Assembly: GCF_009914755.1 (NCBI RefSeq)
Contig: NC_060948.1
DNA length: 64,000 nt
Reading direction: 5' to 3' (one strand)
Origin: the human T2T-CHM13v2.0 reference genome, Homo sapiens
Shown here: positions 15,332 to 29,428 of the stretch, piece after piece
Layout of the letters: each line of letters opens with the position of its first letter
How positions within the stretch are numbered: the stretch's first letter is position 1
The notes under the pieces: model-generated
Database searches by the model: none
Seen by the model: only the letters and a program-made list of their open reading frames with translations
What the model was told of the DNA's origin: nothing
Made by a program: the position numbers and the translations under genes

Positions 15332-18002
15332 ACCAAGAATATCTTTATAGCTGGTATTTGTTTGTTTAGAGACAGATTTCATTCAAGATTCATGCATTTG
15401 GTTGTGATGTTTCTTGGTATTTTTTCTGAGACTTCTTGATAGATACCTGTCATGCACTGATAGAGAGTTATATCCTAACCATGTTTTGGACAGTTTTATC
15501 TCTGAATAATAGCTTTTGTCATTGTTTGTTGCCTGCTCACGGGAACACTGTTAATAATAGTCTTCTTCTTCAAAAAGTTTTAAAAGAGTTATTCAAGAAA
15601 TTCCTTTCACACTTTTCTTTATTCCTTTTTTAAGGGCCTAATATGCACCAGACATCATTTTTCTAGGTGATTGTGGATGAAATGGTGAAAAGGAAAGGCA
15701 AGAATGGAATTTCCTGCTAGTGGGAAGTAGAAGAGAGTATTAAAACTTTTTTCTTTCTAAGTCAAATCAGTGTCATATACATGAGAAAGCTAGGCAGTAT
15801 GGCATTATCAGCTTGGCTTTCTCCTTAAATGAAATAGAAAGTGCCCTGTTTTACTCAGACAGTGTTTTTTTTTTTTTTCTAAAAAGCTAAAAGAAGTTAA
15901 ATACTTTGAAAACAATTAATTTCTGTTCTAAATTATACAAATGTTATATTTGTAAAACTAGAGAAGTTTGTTCCATTGCTTCTACCAAGCATCCTAGCTT
16001 ATGTAGTTGGGGCAGCTAGAAATCTAATGAACAGAATGTATATTTTAGGCTTATATAAAGTATTCTGCAACATAAGCTCAAAAATACCCCCTACCCCCTT
16101 TTTGATAAAAATAAAGTTTACTACTAATAATCAAATACAGCCAGAGGTGTGCTGGGAGTGGAGGGGGACTGAGTGAAAGAAAGTAGGAATGGGGTAAAGG
16201 CTGGGGCAAAGAGCAGGCTCTCTCCCTGCAGGGGAATATCAGGGGCCTGAAGCCAAGTTAAATGACAGCATGACTTCAGGAGGCCAGATTTGAGGGCTTT
16301 TATCTAAGATGCAGCATCGGAGTTTGGTTTAAGAGAGTAGGAAGTGATACGTCTGTTACCCAAAGGACACTTCTCTTTTTAAAATAAATTACCTACAGAG
16401 TTTAGGCCAAAGAGGTGGGCAAGGTAGATTTGGGAAACTGTTGCTTGCTAATATCACCAAACGCTTTCTTTTTATACCTGGTGGAGGCTTTAATTGGGGC
16501 AAGGACATTTTTATATAAAGATAGAGAAAACAATCGCCTATGGAATTTGATTCCTTGCTCCATGCCCTCGCTAGCACCTCTCAAGATGCTTGATGATATT
16601 TAAAATTTCTTCATAGGGAAAAAACTTTTCATCCCACAATTAGAATCAGGCTTAACTTGCTTTTTGAAAAGGTAGTATGTAATTTGTGTTAAGATATAAA
16701 TTACCAAGATTTTTATATCTTGAAACAGATTTAGATGATAGAGTGTGGTAGGTGGTGGTGGTTGGTGGGAAGGGGTAGTTTTTTAGAGAGGGTATTAAGA
16801 GTTGGGATTTTCAATGTGAGAGAGGTGAAGGTTTGAAAATAAGTAAGAAAAGCACTAAAAGAGTGAAGTCAAGGGCCTCTGAGAGCCAGGATGATAGATT
16901 CTATTTCACAGTTTAACACAGGATCAGCATAGACCAAAGCAAGTTTGTAACTAAGGCAATGAAGATCATCTGTCTCCTCCCTTCCCCATTAATTGTGAAC
17001 TTTAGTTTTATAAGCTCCTAAGAGGCAGAAAACAAATTGGAGCCTCATCTTCTATTTGGGAATGTATGGCATGTATTTATTGTCCTAGGTGCTGGGTTTA
17101 TTTTTTTTCAGCTAATGACAGTTTTCCATGCTTTATGGTAAGTGACCATAAAGTAAGTGGTAAGTGACTTACCCTTCAGGCAGTTCAGCCCAGGACAGTC
17201 AGCAGAAGACTGTTTCCAGACCCCACCTGCTAGTTACAGATCATCCCTGATAGAGCAGAGAGGGGTGACCAGGTAGTAACTTTATAGTCACTGGAGGCAA
17301 AGCCCATTTTTGGACAGTTCATTGAGGGCTTACAGATAAAAGGTTCACAAATTATGCAGTGAGCTGGATGGAGTGTGAAGTGTATTTATGGGTCGTGCAC
17401 ATACATAATAGGTTTACTTTTTGAGACTTGAAAACATGTTTTAACCTTAACCTAGGATTCCCACCTGATTTAAACCTCTTATTTCTCTAATGTCAGCCAA
17501 AAATGTGAGTATGACATACAAAGAGAAATACATCAAGGACTTTTCATCCTCATAGTTTGCCAGTGATGGTGGAGAGTGTCAGAATTGGTGAGTAGCCTAA
17601 TCAAACCTTCTTGCTCTGCATGCAGTGGCAGACAGTCCCTTTGCTGTTTCTTTGGGGCATGCAGACTAATAAAGTGACACCATCATTTTATCTCTCAGTG
17701 AGCAGTAGTTTTAATGCTACTGCAGTGGTGGGAGCACTGGGTGTTGTCGTCCTCACCTGAGGACAAGCAGCTTTGTTTTGGATCATGCATCTGTTATTGT
17801 GATGGAGCCATTTATTTTTCAGGGAATGATGCCAAATGATGTTTGTCCCTTTGCTTTACATTTTTATAGCTAGGTCTTTGAAGCTGAACTGGAGGAACTT
17901 CTTAGCCAATACTGTCTTCTCAAACCAAAAGTTGACAGTTGCAGAAGACACGTTTTTTAGTGTCATGGCAACCAAGCAACATATTGCCTTAAATTAAATT
18001 TA

Positions 18003-19276
18003 GAGGTTGAGCATCCCTAGTCTGAAAAATCTGAAATTTGAAATGCTTCAAAATCTGAAACTTTTTGAGCACTGACATGACACCACATGTGGATTTTGAT
18101 GTACCAGTCAAAGTGCAGGTGAATAACACACAGTTTATTTGATGTTCTCTAGTGAAAAAAGACCCTCTCAGCCCCCTTCAGCTGCAGTATAACTTTTCTA
18201 CACATGCTCAGATTTCCCCATGCAAGCACACACACAAAGGGTCACAGAATGGCACATGTGCAAGCTGGACACGCCAATGGCAGGATTCCCACAGATGGGA
18301 CCTAAGTGCTTTACTCATTGTGTATTTTTGCTTATTCTCTGCTCTGTGGTGTTAACATACTGAAAATGTCAATAAGGCCTGTAGATATCCCTGCGAGCAG
18401 CAATGATAAGGAAAAGTAGAAACACTTAGAACACAGAAAGTCAAGCTGTTGCAGAAATTGAACTGTAGTGTAAAGGTATAGATGACATGGTGAAAATGTG
18501 TGATAGAGATATTGAAGATATTGAAGGACTAGAGCTACCTGCATTCATAACAGAACAAGAGGTCATGTCAGCTTATAAAATTAAAGAGAGACTTCCAAGA
18601 CAAAAGCCCTTGATAATGAGGCAGATGACTCTGGAGAAACATTATAAAAAGCCATCTGGCAGAATGCCTCCTCAGCCTCAGAGGACTCACCTCCTAGTTG
18701 CTCAACTCCTGATATTTCTTCTCACCTAAAAAAAGAAAAAAATACAATGTACAGTAACCTTTTAATCAAAATGCAGCCTTGTAGGTGGAGCCTGAAAGCT
18801 TGCCATTGTTTATACAGCTGTTTAACAGCTGATGCAGGTATTCTGGTGATGCTACTGTGTTGCTTATTGTTTTTTACTGTATTAATGGCATGTCATATTT
18901 TTACTTATGTGTGAATAATTGTGTGAAAATGATTGCTCATCAGTAGCATATAAATTCAGAGTCAAAAATGATGGTCAGTGACGTCAGACAGCCACAAGTT
19001 TTCCACATGGAAGCTGAGATAGTGACACCTTTGCTTTCTGATGGTTCCATGTACACAAACTTTGTTTCATTCACAAAATTATTTGAAATATTATATAAAA
19101 TTACCTTTGGGCTATGTGTATAAGATATATGAAACATAAGTGAATTTCACGTTTAGACTTGGGTCTCATCGCCAAGATATCTCACGTAGATGCAAATATT
19201 ATAAAATCCAAAAAAAAATTCCGAAACCCTAAACACTTCTGGTTCCAAACATTTCAGATAAGGGATACTCAATCTG
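18003..19276 (+). mobile_element. Tigger4/Zombi (TcMar-Tigger), internally deleted, with a transposase C-terminal remnant
   Basis: TIRs GAGGTTGAGCATCCC / GGGATACTCAATCTG, with TA on the left. ORF 18487-18729 (MVKMCD...EGLE..AFITEQEVMSAYKIKERL.RQKPLIMRQMTLE) resembles the Tigger4 transposase tail. Confidence 0.85.
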
Positions 19277-19608
19277 CATATATAAAATATTTATGTATCA
19301 CATACATAGTATGTATATAATATGAATTTCCATTCCTCTACAGGTTACTATTCTGGTACATTCCCGTTATATTCTGTTTATCAGACTGCAACTAAAACTT
19401 TCATGGGTTCAGCTTTATGTTGAACAGAATTTGCAGAATTATGAGTTGAAGCAAACCCTAGTTTGATAATGCTATGATTCTCCTAAATCACCAAAGTGCA
19501 TGAAATGATTTTAAAGCTCCAGAAATACTGAAGCAACTTTGTGACAGAAAATTATTAGTGGATGCACAAGGAGTCTATAATGTTTTGGTTTTGCTATTGC
19601 TTCCTAAG

Positions 19609-19902
<294 letters not shown>

Positions 19903-20189
19903 TAAATTATATCTGAAAATCTCTTAGCAATCCAGAATTTTACAAGTGACTAATTAAGTTGTGAGTTCTTACCTTTTTAAAAAAACAGAGTAGTTTTACT
20001 CTCCTTTTCAGCACTTAAATTCTGTAATCCTTGAAGGATGGGTCTTTAGTGTAGTCATTTATTTTTGGTGTGCTAATATGCTCTGCATATAGCTTGATCG
20101 TAAGTGCAGTTTTAAGTTTTCCTGTGTCATACTGTAATGATAGGGTTGGCTCTGCAATTATTGCCCTGCGGTACTTTGCTGAAGTTATA

Positions 20190-21923
20190 GCACAGCAAAT
20201 ATTAGGATTTCTAAAACAGCTTTATTGGCAGTTCACATGCCATGTAATTCACCCACTCGAAGTATATAGTTCAGTGGTTTTTAGTATATTCACAGATGTT
20301 GGGAACCAACACTCCAATCAATTTTAGAATTGTTTTTCCACCTCAAAAAAAAATCCTATGCCCTTTAGGTTATTTTCTTTCTATTTATTTATTTATTTAT
20401 TTTAAGAGATGGGGTCTTGCTCAGTCGACCAGCCCAGGCTGGAGTACAGTTGTGTAATCATAGCTTAGTGCAGCCTTGAACTCCTGGGCTCAAGATATCC
20501 TCCCATCTCAGCCTCCCTAGTAGCTAGGATTACAGGCATGGACCACAACACCCTGCCTCCTGTGCCGTTTAGCTTTCAATTCTGTCTCTCCACATACATC
20601 ATCTGCACCCCCGCAGTTGTAGCACTGGCAATCACCAATCTTTCTGCCTCTGGATTCCCTATTGTGTGTTTCATATAAATGGGATTATCTATCATATGGG
20701 CTTTTGTTACTGGATTCTTTCACTTGGCATAATGCTTGCAAGGTTTGTCTATGCTGTGACATGTATCAGTACTTACTTTTTATGGCCACATGATACTCTG
20801 TTACATGGATACACTGGATTTTGTTTATGCACTTGTCATTTGATGGATATTTAGGACATTGTTTACCCCTTTTGGTTATTATGAATAATGCTGCTATAAA
20901 CATTGGTGTATAAGTTTTTGTGTAGACATTTGTCTTCGGTGTTTATCTAGGAGCAGAATTGCTCAGATGCATATAACTGTCTAATTGAGGAACTGCCAAA
21001 CTACTTTTTGAAATGGCTGCATTATTTTTTATTCCCTCCAGCAGTGTATTAAAATTTCAGTTTCTCCACATCTTCACAAACACTTACTGTGTGACTTTTT
21101 AATTGTAGCTATTATAATGTATGTGAAATTGTATCTCCTTGTGGTTTTGATTTGTATTTTCCTATTGAAGGTAATGTCCAGTGTCTTTTCTCATGCTTAT
21201 TGGCCATGTGTATATCTTCTTTGGGGAAATATTTGTTGAGATCTTTTGTCATTTTTTTTTTCCTGTTAGGGATCATTTTATTTTAAAAACAATAGACTTT
21301 TTTTTAGCAGTTTTAGAAAAAATAGAGAGAAAAGTGCAGAGAGTCCACATATGCTCCCCTACAGTGCCCCCGCCCAGTTTTCCCAACTCTTAACACCTTG
21401 CGCTACTGTGCTAAATTGATTAGATTTGATGAACTGATACTTATATCTGAAATTCATAGTTTACTTCAGGGTTCACTCTGTGTTTTATAGATTTTTGGAT
21501 TTGACAAATGTATAATGTCATGTACCTACCATTACAGTATTATGTAGAACAGTTTCATTGCCCTAAAAATCTCCTGTGCTCCACTGAGTCATTCCTCCCC
21601 CTCCTCTTCCTCCCAAACCCCCGGTCATTACTAATCTTTTTACTCTCTAATTTTGCCTCTCCCAGAATGTCATATAATAGGATCATGTAGTATGTATCCT
21701 TTTCAGACTGGCTTCTTTCACCCAGCAGTATACATTTAGGGTTCTTCTGTGCTTTTTCATGGCTTGATAGCTCATTTTTTAAATTGCAGAATAATATTCC
21801 ATTTGTTTGCATGTATTGAAGTTTGTTTATCCATTCTTGAATTATCTATCTCTAATTGGGTTGTTTTGTCTTTTTATTACAGAATTGTAATTGTTCCTTA
21901 TGTACGCCAGACACAAATCCCTT
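20190..21923 (-). mobile_element. Old L1M (L1MB-like) 3' region, antisense, with nested FLAM/Alu (~20385-20555) and a second L1M piece (~21270-21840)
   Basis: TTCAGTGGTTTTTAGTATATTCACAGA, CATATAAATGGGATT, GAATAATGCTGCTATAAACATT, TGTGGTTTTGATTTGTATTTTCC. Confidence 0.75.
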
Positions 21924-21931
21924 GTGTTCAT

Positions 21932-22919
21932 CAGGGTTGCAGGATACAAGGTCAATATACAAAAATCAATAGTATTTGACACACTTTAACTGAGTACTAC
22001 ATACTCACAATGAGCAATCAGAAAATGAAATTAAGAAAGCAACTTCATTTATCATAGCATCAACAAGAATAAAATACTGATACATTTAAGAAGTGTAAAA
22101 CTTGTACTCTGAAAACTATAGAAGATTGTTGAAAGAAATGAAAGAAGATCTAAATAAACGTAAAAGTATCCCATGATCATGGACCTAAGGCTTAACATTG
22201 TTAAGAAGGCAATACTCCCTAAACTCATCTACAGATTTAACTTCATCCCTGTCAGAATCCCAGATGAGTTCTCTGTAAAATGGACAAGCTGACTCTGAAA
22301 TTCATATGGAATTGCAAAGGACTAAGAATAGCCAAAATAATCTTTTGAAAATGAGAACAAAGTAGGAGAACTCATACTTACTGACTTTAAAACTTACTAC
22401 AAGTCAGTGGTAATCAGGACAATATAATACTGGCAGAAGGATAGATGTATAGACCAGTGGGATAGAATTGAGAGTCAGATATGAACCCATACATATATAA
22501 CCACTGCTTTTGACAAGGGTGCCAAGATTATTCAGTGGGGAAAGAAGTTTGAGAACTGGCACAAGGACAACTAGATATGTAAACATATGCAAAACCTGCA
22601 GTAGGACCTTTACCCAACACCATATACAAAAACTATGGATGCAAAAAAAAAAAAAAAAATGGATCAAATGGATCCATTTTGAGCTAATCCACGTAAATGT
22701 AAGGACTAAAACTATAAAATCCTGAGAAGCAAACATAGGAGTAAATTGTCATGACCTTGAATTTGACAAAGTTTTCTTAAATATGAGACCAGCAACAAGA
22801 ATAAAAATTGATGAACTGGACTTCATCAAAATTAAACATTTTTGCACTTCAAAGGACACCATCAAGAAAGTGAAAAGACAACTCACAAGATGGAAGAAAA
22901 TACTTGTAAATCATGTGTA
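21932..22919 (+). mobile_element. L1M ORF2 segment, sense; probably the inverted 5' part of the adjacent L1
   Basis: GTTGCAGGATACAAGGTCAATATACAAAAATCAAT, GAATAGCCAAAATAATCTT, TTTGACAAGGGTGCCAAG, CTGGACTTCATCAAAATTAAA. Confidence 0.85.
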
Positions 22920-22947
22920 GCACTTTTTGATGATAAACTTGAGGAAG

Positions 22948-23250
22948 ACTTTTATTTTTTATTTTTATTATACTTTAAGTTCTAGGGTACATGTGCACAA
23001 TGTGCAGGTTTGTTACATATGTATACATTTGCCATGTTGGTGTGCCGCACCCACTATCTCATCATTTACATTAGGTATATCTCCTAATGCTATCCCTCCT
23101 CCCTCCCCCCACCCCACGACAGGCCCCTGTGTGTGATGTTCCCCATCCTGTGTCCGAGTGTTCCCACTGTTCAATTTCCACCTACGAGTGAGAACATGTG
23201 GTGTTTGGTTTTCTGTCCTTGCGATAGTTTGCTCAGAATGATGGTTTCCA
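22948..23250 (-). mobile_element. L1PA 3' terminal ~300 bp
   Basis: TTATTATACTTTAAGTTCTAGGGTACATGTGCACAATGTGCAGGTTTG...GAGAACATGTGGTGTTTGGTTTTCTGTCCTTGCGATAGTTTGCT. Confidence 0.92.
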
Positions 23251-24343
23251 TATATGTATATATGTCAGTTGCCAGGACTGCTGGGCAAGCCTGGGAAAGA
23301 GAGTACCTGGGGAAAGCAGCCTCCTGCTCCCCCGTGCCTTCTTTGAGCCTGATGTTCATTTGATGTGGTACTATATAATTACATCCAGTTTACCCTTTGA
23401 AATTCCTTGATTGTTCTTTTCTATATCCTTGACACTGTCCTTTTACAGACCACATAATCTTATCTGGAATACTACAACAGTTTTCTTTTCTCAGTGCTTT
23501 TAGGATAACCTGTCAAAAACTCATCTGGCTATAGTAGTACCTGCTTGCAACCTTTTAATTACTCCCCATTCCCTACCAGGCTGTGTAGCTCACTTGAGCT
23601 CTGCTAGGTGGTGAGGGAATCTGGGTCCTTTTTCTGGTATTTGAATTCAGTGCTACGTAGGTTACTGGCTGGGTTGACAATCTGAAATTGTAAATCATGA
23701 GTATTCTATGTAGATAGTCTGTCATGATTTAAAATAAAACATTGATATGTCAAAGATCATGGTGATGTGAGGTTGGGTATTGTCTGTGAGAATTAATTGA
23801 GGAAATTTAAATTATATGGTTTTATTTACATAGAGTGTATAACAACTAGTTAAGGGATAGATGTCTTCTTATCTGACTTTCAAGTATCTAAGAGTGGATT
23901 ATTGTGCTTGTTAAAGTTCTGGGAACCATGGCTATTTTCTGAAAATACCTCAGTGATGACAAATGAATGACTACCAGCCTCTTGTAACATTAGGACTCCA
24001 GTTCATCCCTTTGCTTCATAAGTGTGTCTTTTCCTTTTGTATATATTTGCTTTAGTGTAGAAAATAGGTTTTCTTGATTAGAAATCTAAGAAGAATAAAT
24101 TGAAAACTGGAGATTTTTCTATTGCTTTGGATTACCAAAATTAATGTAATTTGGCACTATATCCCTGTGCCATTATTGTCTCTCTGGTAGGTAGATGGTA
24201 GGGTTTTGGGTGATTAAATATTTTTCCCCTATTTTGCTTATTTAATGGGCATATGTTTGTATTAAAAGGGAAAATAAATAGGAATGTAGAAGATGTTAAC
24301 TAATCGTGAAAGTTATTGGGAAGGGTTACCTAATTTAAAAGTT

Positions 24344-24500
24344 GGCCAGCCATGGCAGCTCTGCCTGTAGTCCCAGCTGTGGGGGAGGCTGAGGCAAGAG
24401 GATGGCTTGAGTTCAGGGGATGGAGGTTACAGTGAGCTATGATTGTGCCACTGCATTTCAGCCTGAGGGACAGCGCCAGACCCTGTCTCAGAAAAACCTA
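24344..24500 (+). mobile_element. FLAM/FRAM/AluJ monomer
   Basis: GCCTGTAGTCCCAGCT...GAGGATGGCTTGAG...GTGAGCTATGATTGTGCCACTGCA. Confidence 0.75.
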
Positions 24501-24549
24501 GAACAGCAACAAACAGAGAGAGGAGCCTGGACGGATTGAGCAATATTAG

Positions 24550-24700
24550 TGTCCGGGAGCTGCTGTAGTGATGGCTTACGACATCAGGAATTTATTCTCT
24601 CACAGTTCTGGAGGCCACAAGTCCAAAATCAAGGTGTGGGCAGAAATGCGCTCCCTCTGCAGTCTCTTGGGGAGGATGCTTGTTTCTTCCAGCTTTGCGA
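24550..24700 (-). mobile_element. MLT1 (MaLR LTR) fragment
   Basis: ATTTATTCTCTCACAGTTCTGGAGGCCACAAGTCCAAAATCAAGGTGT. Confidence 0.7.
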
Positions 24701-27700
24701 CTGTGGTGCCTGCCGCCATTGGAACCAGCTCTGCACGGCTCAGACCTGGGTGATGAGGACACAGCTTTGCAGGTGGGCAGCCACATCCCCAGGGGGAGAC
24801 TGTGAGCCTGTGGCAGGGTAGGGGCCACCAGGGCAGGGGCTCCACATTGTTGCCCCTGAGCTCCTGGGGCTTGTGGAGAAAGACAGGTGGATGCACACAT
24901 ACTGCAGCTCCTTGGATCTGAGCCTTGGTTTCCCTACCTGTGAAATGGGCACCCATGGCAGCTTAGAAGTGTCTGGGAGCATCCCCTGTGGGGGAATGTG
25001 TGGGGGCTGCTGGGGCACAGTCATGGGAAACCCCAGTCCCCCTCTCCATGTGCTTCCCTCAATGATCCCTGATGACAGCAGTCCTGCCCCCGAACAGAAA
25101 GGGGCATTCCTGTGAGTTCCTTGTGTGGGGGACTGGTCACAGAGACTCCCCAAGTGCAGGGCAGGGTGGAGGGAGGCTGAGGGGTGGTTGAATGGACAGG
25201 AGAAGAGCTCTCTCCAGTTCCTCGGATCTGGTTGGCCTGGGGAGCATCCATCTGGGCAGGCAGCTGGCAGGGCTGGTGGCTGAGCCACTGTGGCTTGGGG
25301 ACCCCAGGCCAGGACAGAGTAGGGTGGGCAGGGAAAGCAGAGTGTGAGCATATGGGGCAGGACAGGTGTCTCCTGGACAGAAAGAGCCCTGGTCACTCAT
25401 GGCTGCAGCATAGCCATGGCGACAGGAAAGTGCTGCTGTACATTGTGCTCCTGGGGCTGGCTCCCAATGGACAGCCAACAGCATCTCCCCCATTGTACTG
25501 TGGGATGCTGGCAGTGGTGCTGGGCACTGAGGTAAGAGCCTTGGCAAGCCCTTCGCTCTCTGGGTGTGATACCTTGGGCTCCTGGATGCCTGGGTTTCCG
25601 TGTCCTATTTTTCCCATGGAAGATGTTTGGGGTGCTCCCAGGAAATGGGGAGGGCCCTGGGGGGTCAGGATTGTATTATTAAAGCCAGAAAGTCTGGGGT
25701 TCCATTTTTAGCACAAGGCAGGCAGCCCATGAGCCCCAGCCCAGTGGCCAGCCTGTGTGGGAGGGGAGTGGGGGTCTGAAGGAGTGAGGCTTCTGTTACT
25801 GCAGGCTCCACTGCAGCCCTCCAGGGTGGCCCGTGTTGGCTGGAGAGCGGGCACTGCACCAGGGGCTCTGGCGCTGACCTTGAGCCATGCATCTAATGCC
25901 TGTGAGAGTGATCTCTAGGAACCACTGCACAAGGGGGCAGATGAGGGAACCCTGACATGGGACAGCCGAGGGCGACCCCAACACGGAGGGGGCAGCTGTG
26001 TCCAGGCTCCACTGGATTCCGCAGAGTACAGAACACAGCTCTGACTCCAGGGTGTGGGCTCACTGAAGGACAGGACAGGCTGGGGTTGGGAGAGGGCCAA
26101 GCTGCAGCTGGGCCAGATCCCACCTGCACCCCTCAGATGGCAGGGCCTGGACGTCTCCATCCCCACCCTGACCCGGTCAGTAACAGCCATGGGCTAGCAG
26201 CCCCCAGCAACCCCTCCCTCTGTGAACTGCCAAGGACAGGAGGTACCACAGTCTCTTCCAGGCAAGAGCTGCTGGAGCCTTCTTTATTCTTGTGCTAGAA
26301 GCCCAGGGTGGGGAGAGGAGCCTGAGAAGAGCCCAGTGTGGGCATCCACCTTCCTGCCCACTTTGGAGGTCTGAATCACCTCCGGCCACTCTCCCAATCC
26401 CCAGGAGCCCAGAGGCTTCCTGGAGCAAGCCACACCTGATCTCCACCATGGGTAGGAGTTCAAGGCCAAGACAACAGGGACTCCAAAGAGGGGCCTGTGG
26501 GTTAGCAGCAGCTGCCAGTGTCCAGATGGCCTCAGGGGTGGGGGTTGGACAATCTGGAGGTCAGCAGGGAATTCAGCATGAGGAGACAGCCCTTAGGGTT
26601 CTGGCCCAGCAGCCCCAGGTGCTGGCTCTGCACTGAGTCATGAAGTTTGTGGGCCAGGGGAGGTGGCCTCTCTCTAGCTGAGAGTGATTTCCATCACTGC
26701 TGTCATTAGCCTCCCCTGCATCAACCTGTCCCTGGGGTGCGAGCACAGTGGGCACAGGGACCCTCAGGCCTTAGTTTTCCCTGCTGTAAAATGCATGTGA
26801 TAGGCTGTCATGAGGTCTGAAGGAGTTAAAACCTGCCATGTGCTCAGGATGACACCTAGCTCGGTTCCTCCTAGCCTGGTGCCACCATCCGGCATCAGAG
26901 ATTAAATACTTCTCCCAGGCCCCCTCCTCTGGCACCCCCCACACTCAGCTCTCCATCAGCCACCCCCTCCAGGGTGGGACAAGGAGGTCCTGAGCCTGCT
27001 GGGGACCTGACAGGGCTGGGCAGCGCCACCTGGGCCTGGGCGATAATGGGAGCCTGAGTGTGGGGCCTGCATGGAGGGAGCCATTGTTTCTTGGGCCTCT
27101 TAGTGGCTACTTCCCTAGAGTCTGGGAGAAGTGCTGCTGTTCAAGAGGGGACAGTGCCAGCAGCTCCTTCTGAGGCTGGGGTGGGCACAGCGTGGAGGGG
27201 CCTCACCTCCACCCACCTCCCATGGAGGTTCCTGGCTCTCCTGGAGGACTCCTTGCTACTGGGCTGAGGCTGGCACCAGGGCTGACCAGGCCCAGGATGG
27301 TGTTGGACAACCTGCATCCCCCTGCAGCAGGCAGGGAGGGCACTGCAGCCACCACCCACCCACACATGACCCCTCCCTGGCCATCGTGTCTAGGGTGGCA
27401 GGGAGTGAAGCTCCCACCCAACAACCTCCCCCAGCTCAGGGGCCTTTGAGTTCACCACCATCTGCCTCACTGCAGGTTTCCCCTGTGCTGGGGGTGATTG
27501 CAAGGAGATGGTTCTTTGGCGTTCCCTGGACAGGTCATTGCCTCAGCCCCTGCCTGGTGTCCTGGAGCAGCTTTGAGGAGCTACATGGACAGGACACCAA
27601 CTGTCTGCAGCCCCCAGGTGAGGCTTGGCTGCTGTGTCCCACTGCCTCTGCTCCTGGCTGTCAAAGCCCCATGGTAACAGCATCCAGGGTGAATTTAAAT

Positions 27701-29211
27701 GGCACCCCAAAGAACAAGAGTGGGCCTGGGTGTCACTGTAGTGGCTGGTGGCTTGTGACAAGTAGTGTGGCTTCCGTGGTGATGAGAAGTGACAGTTCCC
27801 CCTGAATCTGCACTGGAGAGAAGGTCCTGGAAGCTTTCAGGCCCACCCTCCAGGGTCTGGGTCTGCATCTCTGAGAGTGGCTGGGTGAGCAGAAGAATCC
27901 TCACTGCCTGGCAGTTGGGTTTGGAGCTGGGGAGGGCGGGGCCTGGTTAGCAATGAGACTATCGCAGTGAACCAGAGCTCAAGATAAAGCGAGAGGCCTA
28001 GCCCAGACACCTCCTTCCCTGGTCCCAGCCCCTGTGCCTTGGCCTGTGCAGTGGAAGCCAGGCTCCCTCCTCCAGGAAGCCTTCCCTGCACTTCCTGCTC
28101 ACACACAGCCTCTCCCAGATTTCTCCCCATCCAGGCTGAGTAGGATTCCCAAGAAGGCTCCTCCCTGAGCCAACTGCCTGCAGTCAACATTATCACCAGT
28201 AGTGTTTTTCATCTTCAGCAGTGGCCTCTGGAGGGGTCCTAGCAGGTCGGGGAGAGAGGTCTGAGTTAGCCCCACGTGAAAGGCAGCCCATGCCTCTCCT
28301 CCCAGCAACCCCTAGCAGCAAATTCCACCTGGCTGACCCCACCCAGCTCACAGAGCTGCCCAGCTGGGTGTCCTTGTGGTTGACTGGGGGGAAGGGGCTG
28401 TTACCTCCCGGTCCCCTTCAGGCTGAGACAAGAGCCCTGTGGGCCTGGATCTTGCAGATGGGACCCCCACCCACATGCTCTCCAGGTGGATGCTCACCCT
28501 GGGCTGTTCTCAGGCCCCTCTCCCCACACTGGGCCCACACCCTGGAGGGAACTCCATGTACCCCTGCCCATCTGCCCATCTGAGCCTCAGGGGTCCTGGG
28601 CACTGAGAGCTGGGCTGGGCTGAGCTCAGGTACACACTGTCATTGGGGATGGAGAGGGGATGCTGAAGTGGGTGCTTCTGCATGGGGCCTGCCTGGAGGA
28701 TCGCCACAGCAGGTGCACCCAGCAGCCAGACCAGCTTCTAGCAGAATAAGTGCACTGTCACAGGGGTATGTGAGCTGAGGCTGGGGGCCTGGAGGTGCAG
28801 GGGGAGGAGTTGGGGAGATGCAGAGGCCCCAAAGATGTCCCAAGGCCCTAAGACACTGGTGAGGGAATGGAGGAGCCAGCACTGGTGGGGAAGTGGGGAG
28901 GGGGAGATGGATGGCCTGGGTCTGAGCTGGACACACGGTCTGTGCCCACACTTGAGCTGTGCTGTGGAGGCCCAGTCCCCACCTGGGCATGTCCTGTCCT
29001 CTGAGGCACAGGGATTCCTCACCCTCAGCTCTGACCCCTCATCTCCAACTGCTGGGATGACGAGTCCATAGGCAGAGCCAGCCTCACAGGGGACCCAAAG
29101 GCCAGTTCAGATGGACAGCAACTGGAGGTCCCACCAGGCACACACACATACTGTGCAGAAAGCTAATGCACTGTTTATTTGGGGGATTGGGGGGAAGCAC
29201 CGTGCCGCTGC

Positions 29212-29428
29212 TCACTGGTAGCCAGCCAGCTGCAGGATGGTGGGGTAGCAAGTATGATGGGCCATGCAATTCTGGCGGTCGAGGAAGAGACTGTTGGTCA
29301 TGGCAGTGACGTCCTTCTCCAGGCTCATGTGGATGTCCTCGAGGTTGTGCAGGGACTGCTCCGCTTGTAGAAGCTTCTCCCACAGCGCTGTGATGGACTT
29401 GTACAGCTCCTCCAACTCACTCACCAGC
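29212..29428 (-). pseudogene. TEKT4P: TEKT4P exon 6 (last coding exon)
   Basis: LVSELEELYKSITALWEKLLQAEQSLHNLEDIHMSLEKDVTAMTNSLFLDRQNCMAHHTCYPTILQLAGYQ*. The in-phase acceptor reads AA instead of AG. Confidence 0.92.

Noticed and set aside
18487-18729. Domesticated TIGD/JRK-like gene
   Set aside because: Only a short C-terminal transposase remnant inside an internally deleted Tigger4; the catalytic domain is absent.
24549-29100. Numerous overlapping 60-220 aa ORFs in GC-rich DNA
   Set aside because: Expected from stop-codon scarcity at high GC. I recognise no domain and no consistent exon structure.
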